A stretch of 64,000 nt of DNA from Candidatus Latescibacterota bacterium (GTDB lineage: Bacteria > Latescibacterota > UBA2968 > UBA8231). Position 1 is the stretch's first letter, and every line of letters begins with the position of its first letter. Made by a program: the position numbers and the translations under genes. The stretch is from contig CBDCDC010000002.1 in the NCBI GenBank assembly GCA_965215195.1, positions 4,032,001 through 4,096,000 on the forward strand. Reading direction: 5' to 3'. This document shows, one piece after another, positions 8,504-16,625 of this stretch. The notes beneath the pieces are model-generated. The model was given only the letters and a program-made list of their open reading frames with translations, ran no database searches and was not told where the DNA came from.

Positions 8504-9334
8504 ATGAAGTCTTTTGCTGTATGTCTGCTGGGGTTGGTCTCAGTGGGATATGTGCTGGCGACGTATCTGCTGGCGGTGAGTTGCGGCGTGGGGGGTTCGT
8601 CGCAGACCTTTGAGCTTCCGGGGGGTTCGTCGATGGATTTTGTGTGGATTGCGCCGGGGACGTTTATAATGGGTTCGCCGCCTTCGGAGTCGGGTCGTAA
8701 TGATGATGAAGGGCCGATTCATGAGGTGGAGATTAGTAAGGGGTTTTATTTAGGGAAGTATGAGGTTACTCAGGGTCAGTGGAATGCGGTGATGGGGGCG
8801 CGGCCGTGGTCTGGCAAGGACGATGTTCAGTCGAATCCATCTCATCCGGCGGTGTATATTTCTTGGCGCGATGTGCAGGCTTTCATAGAGGAGTTGAATT
8901 TTGCGGCGGGTGAGGTAGTGTATCGTTTGCCGAGTGAGGCGGAGTGGGAGTATGCGTGTCGAGCGGGGAGTACGACTCGTTGGTCGTTTGGGGATGAAGA
9001 GAGGCAACTGACGGATTATGCGTGGTATGATGCTAATGCTTGGGATGTGGGTGAGAAGTATGCTCATGCGGTAGGGCTGAAGCGTCCCAACCCTTGGGGT
9101 TTGTATGATATGCATGGGAATGTTTGGGAGTGGGTGCAGGATTGGTATGACTCGGATTATTATAATAGCTCACCTCGGGTTGACCCCCCGGGGCCTACAT
9201 CCGGCTCTAATCGCGTCGGCCGGGGCGGCGCCTTCAGCAATCTCGCCCAGTACGTGCGGTCGGCGGGTCGCGTCAACGACTCGCCCGACGGCCGCTACTT
9301 CGACGTTGGCGTGCGCCTTTTAAGGATTCGTTAA
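8504..9334 (+). CDS. FGE-sulfatase (SUMF1/C-lectin fold) lipoprotein; putative DGR target
   Basis: GTFIMGS, EVTQGQW, RLPSEAEWEYACRAG, GLYDMHGNVWEW, RV.RGG...RSA.R...G.RL; possible lipobox LAVSC. Confidence 0.9.
   Translation: MKSFAVCLLGLVSVGYVLATYLLAVSCGVGGSSQTFELPGGSSMDFVWIAPGTFIMGSPPSESGRNDDEGPIHEVEISKGFYLGKYEVTQGQWNAVMGARPWSGKDDVQSNPSHPAVYISWRDVQAFIEELNFAAGEVVYRLPSEAEWEYACRAGSTTRWSFGDEERQLTDYAWYDANAWDVGEKYAHAVGLKRPNPWGLYDMHGNVWEWVQDWYDSDYYNSSPRVDPPGPTSGSNRVGRGGAFSNLAQYVRSAGRVNDSPDGRYFDVGVRLLRIR
9200..9334 (+). other. Putative DGR variable region (VR) and IMH
   Basis: C-terminal CLec segment. 26 of 40 codons at 9200-9319 end in C and none in A; the variable slots are all NNY codons. No TR found in the window. 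Confidence 0.7.
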
Positions 9335-9401
9335 CCCTTTAGCTCTTTTACCCTTTTACCCTTGGTGGGGTGTCAAGGGGTGTGGGGTGTCTTTTGGGGG
9401 A

Positions 9402-9466
9402 GCCTTTTAGGAGCCACCCCGATAAAGGGGCGTGCGGAGCCGCCCTTCGGGTGGCTCCTAAAAGGC
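9402..9466. repeat. Perfect 18-bp inverted repeat (hairpin/cruciform)
   Basis: gccttttaggagccaccc (9402-9419) pairs with gggtggctcctaaaaggc (9449-9466). Confidence 0.9.
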
Positions 9467-9497
9467 GAGGGGGAGGGGGCGTTTTTTTTCTGGTATG

Positions 9498-9519
9498 TCC
9501 GGCCTGCGTGCAGGCCGGA
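9498..9519. repeat. Perfect 10-bp-stem GC hairpin
   Basis: tccggcctgc-gt-gcaggccgga. Confidence 0.9.
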
Positions 9520-9564
9520 GCGAAATTTTTCAAATTCATTATTATGTTTACTTAGGAGGCCCTA

Positions 9565-9740
9565 TTGCTCCGCATTTTCACCCTCAAGTTCCAAAGCCCC
9601 CTAGGGGCCTTTGACGACGCCGAACTCCAAGCGTTCATCAAAGACAAAGAGGTGTTGTCCATTCGCGATCACTTCTTCACCAAGGACGAGATGCCCTATC
9701 TGGTGGTGCTGGTGACTTATCAACTCGCCGGCCCCCGATT
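9565..9740 (+). pseudogene. N-terminal fragment of an HRDC-domain DGR accessory-like protein
   Basis: RBS aggagg; LRIFTLKF...FDDAELQAFIKDKEVLSIRDHFF...PYLVVLVTY resembles (from recall) the N-terminus of DGR-linked HRDC proteins. The ORF then runs into unrelated AT-rich DNA. Confidence 0.55.
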
Positions 9741-9802
9741 CGCTTGGCGTTGCGGTTCAGGGCGGAGCTTTGATATTACGACTGTACGTAAAGAAAGCAG
9801 TA

Positions 9803-10231
9803 TTAATCCTTATCTTTCCACTCCACTTTCACTATCCACTCGCCATAATCATTTTGATAAAGTCTAGCTTTACCAACTTTATCAAACTCCTCTCCATCAA
9901 ATGCTAGACGCGCTAGAAATCGAGACGAAAAAGCGCGTTCTGGGTCTAAGTAGAAGCTTCCGCGAACCCGGACTTGTACTGGCCAATATTTTCTTTCTTC
10001 ATTGTAAGAACCCCATTTCTCTATGCTTACTTCTTCCATATCCCACCGTAGGAGGTCAGGATCTTTATCAAGTAGCCTACTATGACCAGAAGTGAATCCA
10101 TTTTTTTCTATCGCCGCTTTTACCAGAACCTTTATTTCTGACTCACTCGGCTTTGGGGCGAAACATCCAACCAACAACGTTGGCGATATAAAGGCCAATA
10201 GTAAAACAGGAAATTGAACAAGTGATTTCAT
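9803..10231 (-). CDS. Hypothetical lipoprotein
   Basis: RBS ggagg before ATG 10231; lipobox LVGC; AT-rich. Confidence 0.7.
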   Translation of the reverse strand: MKSLVQFPVLLLAFISPTLLVGCFAPKPSESEIKVLVKAAIEKNGFTSGHSRLLDKDPDLLRWDMEEVSIEKWGSYNEERKYWPVQVRVRGSFYLDPERAFSSRFLARLAFDGEEFDKVGKARLYQNDYGEWIVKVEWKDKD

Positions 10232-10374
10232 AGGTTGGCCTCCCGATCTATGACGGATTACAGAGTTGACGAGTTTACCTAGCCTAAGGCCAAAGGTACT
10301 CAAGTCCTTTTCGGAAGCCAAAGATTTTTTACAAGCCCTCTTAGGCAAAAATGGAAAAACGGGCCGGTATTCCA

Positions 10375-10736
10375 TTAAGGAGATTTCCGAGAAGCTGCGA
10401 AGGCACTGAACGAGGAAATCTTCAGTGCCCTAGACGCCCTACGTAGCGCCCTAGTCTGGTCGGCCGCCTCGGTTTGAGATAGTCGCCTTCCCAAGGTGTT
10501 CGCGGCCACCGTCGCGGGTACCCGGCCCGTCAGTGCGGTAAAGGTGCCGATTTGGCTGCCAATAATCCAGCGCGTCAAGACGTTCATACGTTCATTGAGC
10601 GCGTCTAGTCGGCGGTTTATCTCGGCGTTGTTCTGCTGCATTTCTTGGCGCAAGGCGGCGTTATCCTCGATGCAGTTTAATCGCTTGGATAACTCCATTT
10701 GCACGGGATCGAGCTTGACTTCGGGGGCTACTGCAA
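10375..10736 (-). pseudogene. Degenerate copy of the adjacent coiled-coil/TM protein
   Basis: Compared with the 11055 gene: TTG CAG TAG nonsense, a 1-bp deletion in the C run, and a scrambled 3' end. Confidence 0.6.
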
Positions 10737-10779
10737 GGTCAGTCTCTCCTTGGGGTGATGCCCGGCCAAGGCGCGAGGG

Positions 10780-11055
10780 TTAGGTCAATTTGAGGGCGGC
10801 GAACAAGAGACCCGTCAGGGCAATTTGGGTGCCAATGACCCAATAGATGCGTCCATTGAGCGCATCTAGTCGGCGGTGTACCTCGGCGATGTCTTGCCGC
10901 ATGTCCTGCCGCAAGGCGGCGTTGTCCTGCCGCAAGGCGGCTATGTCCTCGCGTTGGTGTGTCTCGATGCGGTCGAGGCGTCGCTCAATGCTGTCTAATC
11001 GCTTGGACAACTCCACTTGCACGGGATCGGGTGTGACTTCGGGGGGCTGCTGCAT
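10780..11055 (-). CDS. Small coiled-coil protein with C-terminal TM (DUF1640/XhlA-like)
   Basis: ALRQD heptad repeats; C-terminal IYWVIGTQIALTGLLFAAL; RBS aggag. Confidence 0.75.
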   Translation of the reverse strand: MQQPPEVTPDPVQVELSKRLDSIERRLDRIETHQREDIAALRQDNAALRQDMRQDIAEVHRRLDALNGRIYWVIGTQIALTGLLFAALKLT

Positions 11056-11300
11056 GATCGTTTCTCCTGAGTGGGGGTGAATGCGTGGTGATTAGTGCTC
11101 CTCTTTTTTTGTGCTCTTAACTTTAACTAATTTACGCATATCTTAACCAAGCGTAACAAAGGCCCGCGCAAGAGGGAAGTTTGTTGGGGCGGCGTTGGCA
11201 TTCTTAGGACTCGGTTATAGCCCAACCCCTTAGTACACGACCCCTAAAGTAGGCGACCCTTACTTTGAGTACGCCTTTTCTGCTGTTTCCGATGAGTCCG

Positions 11301-11347
11301 GGATCGAGGGCGTCCCGCCCTCGACGAGGGCAAGATGCCCTCGATCC
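11301..11347. repeat. REP-like double palindrome
   Basis: ggatcgagggc...gccctcgatcc outer IR enclosing two GC-rich hairpins. Confidence 0.65.
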
Positions 11348-11461
11348 TTGGCAGGCTGACGGCTGGTGTCGTGTAGTTTACGGCCTAAAGCTGAAAGGTA
11401 AGCTACGCGACGGTGTGCGTCGCGTAGGCCCGCCACCAATCACTCGCAAAAAGGAGAAGTT

Positions 11462-12307
11462 ATGTTTCGCTCGCTATCACCGGGGGCCATCGGCGCAAGC
11501 GTAGAGAGCCTCGCCGACGGGCTTGACTTGGCCGCGCGGCACGGGTTCGCCGGATATCACTTTAGCATTGGCGAAGTCGCGGCCATGGGCGCGGAAGAGG
11601 CCCTCGCGTTGGCCGTGCGCAAGGGGGTGCGCCTGTCGGCGTGGGGATTTCCCGTTGACTTTCGCGGGGAGGAGGCCGCATACCAAGCGAGCTTGGCCCA
11701 GTTGCCGGCGTTGGCAAAGGTGGCGGCGGCCTTGGGGGTGCGGCGGACGGCGACTTGGATCGCCCCGGCCTCGGACGAGTTGACCTATCAAGAAAACTTT
11801 GCCTTGCACGTGGAGCGGCTGCGGCCGACTGCGGCCGTGCTCGCCGATGAAGGCGTGTGGTTGGGCTTGGAATACGTCGCGCCGAAAACGTCGCGGTTGA
11901 GCAAGAAGCACGAGTTTGTCCACGCGATGGAGCAAATGGCGGAACTGTGCCGAGCCGTAGGCGAGAACGCAGGATTTCTGCTCGATAGCTGGCATTGGTA
12001 CACGGCCCGCGAAACCGCTGCGGATGTGCGCCGCTTGCGCCCCGAGCAAGTGGTGGATGTACACGTCAACGACGCCCCGGCCGGCGTAGAAATTGACGAC
12101 CAGCTCGACAACGTGCGCGACTTGCCCGGGGCCACCGGCGCAATCGACATTGCGGCGTTCCTCAGCGCCTTGCAGCACATTGGCTACGACGGGCCGGTCA
12201 TGGTCGAGCCGTTCAGCCAGCGAGTGCGCGCCATGGAGCGGGAAGAGGCCGTGGCGACGACGGCCGCCGCGCTGGGCCGCGTGTGGGATCAAGCCGGACT
12301 CACGTGA
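11462..12307 (+). CDS. Sugar phosphate isomerase/epimerase (xylose isomerase-like TIM barrel)
   Basis: LGLEY, LLDSWHW, VHVND, R.LPG..G.ID, GYDGPVMVEPF. Confidence 0.88.
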   Translation: MFRSLSPGAIGASVESLADGLDLAARHGFAGYHFSIGEVAAMGAEEALALAVRKGVRLSAWGFPVDFRGEEAAYQASLAQLPALAKVAAALGVRRTATWIAPASDELTYQENFALHVERLRPTAAVLADEGVWLGLEYVAPKTSRLSKKHEFVHAMEQMAELCRAVGENAGFLLDSWHWYTARETAADVRRLRPEQVVDVHVNDAPAGVEIDDQLDNVRDLPGATGAIDIAAFLSALQHIGYDGPVMVEPFSQRVRAMEREEAVATTAAALGRVWDQAGLT

Positions 12308-12308
12308 C

Positions 12309-14063
12309 GTGGAAACCCGCACTGTTGAATGCGACATCTTGGTCTTGGGCGGCGGCTTGGGTGGGGTGGCCGCGGCCGTGCGCGCCGCCCGCTTGGGCTA
12401 TCGAGTCTGCCTGACCGAAGAAAACCCGTGGATCGGCGGCCAAGCCACCAGCCAAGGCGTCGCCGCCTTAGACGAGCATCCGCACATAGAGCACTTTGGC
12501 GGTACGGCCCTATACGGCGAATTCCGCGCCGGCATCCGCGCGTACTATCGCCGCAAATACAGACTGAAAAACCCAGACGACCCGCACTTCAACCCCGGGG
12601 CCGGCTGGGTCTCGGCCCTGTGCTTTGAGCCGCGAGCCGGCCTAACGGCCCTGCTGTCCTTAGTCGTACCCCAAGTTGAGGCCGGCCGCCTGATGCTCTT
12701 TTACCGCGCCCGGGCGTCTGCCGCCGAGGTCCAAGGCCAGACCATCCGCACCGTCGATGTCGTCCAAGATGGCGGCCCGTGCGTCTTGCGCTTTGCCCCG
12801 GCCTATGTGCTCGACGCCACCGAGCTGGGCGACCTGCTGCCCCTGCTGCCGGTCCCTTACGTCTCCGGGGCTGAAAGCCGCGACCAGACCGGCGAGCCGC
12901 ACGCCCGCGCCGCCGGCCCAGCCCTGCATCTGACCCAGTCTTTTACCTGCCCGTTTGCGGTCGATTTCTGCCCGGGTCAAGACCACACCATTCCCCGCCC
13001 GCCGAACTACGAGCGCCACCGCGACCAGCAGCCCTACACCTTGACCTTGCAGTACGCCCGCGGCCTGCGCACGTACCGGTTCTTCGAGACGGCCGGCGAC
13101 TTGCCCGGCTCCTTTTGGACCTACCGCCGTTTGTTGTGCGCCAGTCAATTCGCCGAGGGACAGGTGCCCGGGGACGTGGCTTTGATCAACTGGCCGGGCA
13201 ACGACTACACCGCCGGCACCCTCATTGACGTGCCTCCCGCCGAGCAAGCGCAGCACCTAGTGGCCGCCAAGGAACTGAGCTTGGGCTTGCTGTACTGGCT
13301 GCAAACCGAGGTGCTGCGAGACGACGGGCGCGGGCGCGGCTATCCCGAGCTGCGGTTGCGCCCGGACATCATGGGGACCACCGACGGCTTCTCTCAGCAT
13401 CCCTACATCCGCGAGTCCCGGCGCATAGAGGCGCACAAAACTATTGTCGAGCAAGAGGTAGCCGCCCCGCACCAGCCCAATGCGCGCGCCGCTCCTTTTG
13501 GCGACAGCGTCGGCGTGGGCTGGTACGCCATCGACATCCACGGCCAAGCCACCGACGTGGTGTACACCGCCCCGACCAAGCCTTTCCAAATCCCGTTGGG
13601 GGCGCTCGTGTCGCGGCACTTGGACAACTTGCTGGCGGCCGCCAAGAACATCGGCACCACGCACATCACCAATGGCTGCTACCGCCTGCATCCGGTAGAG
13701 TGGAATATCGGCGAGGCGGCCGGTGCCTTGGCTGCGTTTTGCTTGGGCCAACAACGGACTCCAGCGGCCGTGTGCAGTAGCGCGGCCCTGCGCCGCCAGT
13801 ACCAGCAGACCTTGCTGGCGGCCGGCGTACCCCTGTATTGGTATGAGGACGTGCCGCTTGGACACCCGGCCTTTGCGGCCGTGCAGATGCTGGCGGTGGA
13901 GGGAATATGGCCGGGCCGCGCCGATCATTTGCGCTTCGATCCCCATGCCTTGGTCCGTGCGCCCGCCGAGCGTTTGCGGGCCGCGGGCCTGTCGCCGCAC
14001 CTAGTGGGCCACGGCCCTATAACGCGCGGGGACTTGGCGCGTCGGATGGCCCAGCATTTGTAA
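12309..14063 (+). CDS. FAD-dependent oxidoreductase
   Basis: ILVLGGGLGGVAAA Rossmann motif; DATELGDL, PYIRESRRI, THITNGCYRLHP; GTG start just after the upstream stop. Confidence 0.88.
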   Translation: METRTVECDILVLGGGLGGVAAAVRAARLGYRVCLTEENPWIGGQATSQGVAALDEHPHIEHFGGTALYGEFRAGIRAYYRRKYRLKNPDDPHFNPGAGWVSALCFEPRAGLTALLSLVVPQVEAGRLMLFYRARASAAEVQGQTIRTVDVVQDGGPCVLRFAPAYVLDATELGDLLPLLPVPYVSGAESRDQTGEPHARAAGPALHLTQSFTCPFAVDFCPGQDHTIPRPPNYERHRDQQPYTLTLQYARGLRTYRFFETAGDLPGSFWTYRRLLCASQFAEGQVPGDVALINWPGNDYTAGTLIDVPPAEQAQHLVAAKELSLGLLYWLQTEVLRDDGRGRGYPELRLRPDIMGTTDGFSQHPYIRESRRIEAHKTIVEQEVAAPHQPNARAAPFGDSVGVGWYAIDIHGQATDVVYTAPTKPFQIPLGALVSRHLDNLLAAAKNIGTTHITNGCYRLHPVEWNIGEAAGALAAFCLGQQRTPAAVCSSAALRRQYQQTLLAAGVPLYWYEDVPLGHPAFAAVQMLAVEGIWPGRADHLRFDPHALVRAPAERLRAAGLSPHLVGHGPITRGDLARRMAQHL

Positions 14064-14086
14064 AGGGTAATCCGATGGCGTATAAT
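14058..14086 (+). promoter_or_regulatory. Sigma70 promoter of tRNA-Thr
   Basis: TTGTAA-17 bp-TATAAT, 9 bp upstream of the tRNA. Confidence 0.8.
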
Positions 14087-14095
14087 TTGAGCTAA

Positions 14096-14171
<76 letters not shown>

Positions 14172-14434
14172 ATAAAACGAGCCCGGACCCGCCTAAGGGC
14201 CGCAGCGGCTCCAAACCGCGCCACCCGTTTTCACGGGCGCAGGCTTTTAGGCGCGACAAACCCCCGACGAACCGCGTTGAGCCGCCCGCCCGCCGAGTGT
14301 GTTTTCTGCACACAAGGGACAGACAGCTTCTTAAGTCGCAAGTAACCGTACATCCCCCCACCCAAAATCAGCGCTAACACCCCCGGCACCTAGCTCCAAA
14401 ACCTGCCCTCTTCCCCATACTGGTGCCGCGCCCA

Positions 14435-16576
14435 CTACCAAGCGAACAGGAAGTTGCCGGTGTGCCCGGTGAAGTAGTCGATGATGAGCCAGAGGCCGAG
14501 GGTCAGCATCTGACCGGCGATCATCCCTAGAAAAACCCCCTGAGTACGGTGGTAGAAGTTGACGCCGCCGCACCGGAGGAGGACGACCTTGATGAACCAA
14601 GCGACGAACACGCTGGTAATGATGTGCGGCATCAGGTCCACGGCCGCGACCGGGAAGCCGATCGGGTGGAGGGGCCACCAGGGCAGGCGGTGGCGAGCCC
14701 AGTACAGCAGGGCCATGACGCCGCCGCCGCCGAACAGGAAGCCGATGCCCGGCCAGTAGATGCCGGCAGGTTTTAGGTTGCGCACAGCGTTGTCGTAGGC
14801 GACCGCCGGTCCCGCCTTGAAGAACCAATAATCGAGGTTGACGCCGCCGTGGCGGTAGGCGACGTGGAAGATCATCCAGAACGAGCCCAGCGTCCCGATC
14901 AGCAGGGCGAGGATGAGAGCGAGGAAGACCAGCCGCCGGCTGTGGGCATCCATATCCTCGATCAGCTTGAGGGCGTTCGTGCAGGTCGCCATGGCGAACG
15001 ACCGGACCTCGCCGGCCCAGATGTAGGCCATGGACATGTTGAACACGCCGGTGGGACCGACGAGAGATGAACCGAGACCCATGACGACAAAGTCGGGGGC
15101 ATTGACGGGCGTCCGCAGCGTCGCCAGCCCGGCTTCGGCGATGATCCGGGTGATGCCGATAAAGATCGTCATGGATAGGACGATGAAGAAGAGGGAGACC
15201 CACAGCGGTGTGCCCATGATCCACAACCACAGGGTCATGACCGCGATCCCCCCGAGGACGCCGATCACGGCGCCGCGGTAAGAGAGTATCTCGTCCCGGT
15301 CGTCGACGTGGGGTGCCCGGCCGAGGGCCTTGAGCCAGACCGCCTTCAGATGCTCGCGGGCCGTCCACAGCACCCCCGCCACCAGCACCAGCAGGGCCCC
15401 CAGCCCCTCGTAGCCGACCAAGGGTGCGTCGGGAACGCCGTGGAAGTGTACCTGCTCCGACTTGATCCCGGCGATCGCCAGCGCGCTCTTCTGGAGCCTG
15501 CCGAGCAGGTAGAACACCCACACGCTGCCCGATATCCTCGTGTCGATGAGGTAGGTGAAGCCGGTCAGGGCGAAGTTGACCTTGCCGCCCAGATACGGTA
15601 TCGGCAGGTGCATGGACACCATGGGAATGGGGAAGTTGTAGCTCGACATGCCCCTCAGGCTGCCGGCGATGAAGGGGATGGCCATGCCGATCCATACCGA
15701 CGGACGCTTGAAGAAGCCGTTCACCAGCCCCTTCTCGTCCTCGCCGCGGATCATGGCCAGACCAACCTGAGCGATGGGATAGCTCAGCCGCTCCCGCTCC
15801 ATCCACTGGCGCCGCAGGATCACGGCGATCGAGATCATGCAGACGTACAGTGCCAGCAGAAAGACAGCCCACCACATCAACGGCTCGACCCAAGCGCCGT
15901 AGGGGATGCTGTGGCCGGGCGCGGAAATGCCCTCGTAGAACAGGGCGTTTTCGGCCCCGTCGTCGACCAAGATGTCGTGCTCGGGAAAGTGGGGGAAGAG
16001 CTTCTCCCGCCACTGGTTCTCCGGCGAGGCATAGTAGAAGATGGCGGTGAGAGAAGGCAGGATCAGCTCGGTTAGACCCATCGTACACACGGCCGAGACC
16101 ATCGCCAGCATAGCGTACACCATGATCAGTTCGGCCCGGTTGAGGGCCAAGCTGCGGCCGGACCAGACCAGCGGTACGTTGCCGAGGGCGCAGAGCAGCG
16201 CGAAAGTGGAGAAGATCAGCCCGGGCGAATGCACATCGACATCGCTCAGGGGCCAGTAGGCGCAAAGCCAAGCGACCCCCAACGCTAGGGCGAAAGCGAG
16301 GGCTGTGCCCCTGCTGCGCGCCGCCAGCTTGAAGGTTAGGTTGAGGAATCCGATCAGCACGACGAAGACGAAAATGGCCCCCGGAGTGCTGATGTCGGCG
16401 GCCACGTAGGCCCCCTTGATGACCATGTTGCTGTAGGGGGCGCTAATGGCGAGGAAGAAGCTCAGGCAGCCCCCCACCAAGAACCCCCGCCACGTCAGGC
16501 GGTGGCGCGATTCGAGGAGGGGCTCGGAGCGCGACCGCAGGTACTGGCGGTAGCTCGGGGGGATTTTCTGTTTCAC
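14435..16576 (-). CDS. Polytopic membrane protein, DUF6785/DUF6784-like putative transporter
   Basis: ~16-18 hydrophobic segments; RRQW.E.ERLSYPI and WWPLHPIGF motifs. Confidence 0.75.
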   Translation of the reverse strand: MKQKIPPSYRQYLRSRSEPLLESRHRLTWRGFLVGGCLSFFLAISAPYSNMVIKGAYVAADISTPGAIFVFVVLIGFLNLTFKLAARSRGTALAFALALGVAWLCAYWPLSDVDVHSPGLIFSTFALLCALGNVPLVWSGRSLALNRAELIMVYAMLAMVSAVCTMGLTELILPSLTAIFYYASPENQWREKLFPHFPEHDILVDDGAENALFYEGISAPGHSIPYGAWVEPLMWWAVFLLALYVCMISIAVILRRQWMERERLSYPIAQVGLAMIRGEDEKGLVNGFFKRPSVWIGMAIPFIAGSLRGMSSYNFPIPMVSMHLPIPYLGGKVNFALTGFTYLIDTRISGSVWVFYLLGRLQKSALAIAGIKSEQVHFHGVPDAPLVGYEGLGALLVLVAGVLWTAREHLKAVWLKALGRAPHVDDRDEILSYRGAVIGVLGGIAVMTLWLWIMGTPLWVSLFFIVLSMTIFIGITRIIAEAGLATLRTPVNAPDFVVMGLGSSLVGPTGVFNMSMAYIWAGEVRSFAMATCTNALKLIEDMDAHSRRLVFLALILALLIGTLGSFWMIFHVAYRHGGVNLDYWFFKAGPAVAYDNAVRNLKPAGIYWPGIGFLFGGGGVMALLYWARHRLPWWPLHPIGFPVAAVDLMPHIITSVFVAWFIKVVLLRCGGVNFYHRTQGVFLGMIAGQMLTLGLWLIIDYFTGHTGNFLFAW

Positions 16577-16625
16577 GGGAGGCGCGTCAGTGGGTGCGAG
16601 CGGAGCGTCCGCGCCGTCGATCGCA

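Noticed and set aside
8504-9334. Catalytic formylglycine-generating enzyme
   Set aside because: Lacks the catalytic CxxxxC motif after RGGS; consistent with a binding-type CLec fold.
14331-16271. Long alternative-frame ORFs (e.g. 646 aa here, 537 aa at 33592-35205)
   Set aside because: Arg/Gly/Pro-rich or antisense shadow frames of real high-GC genes.
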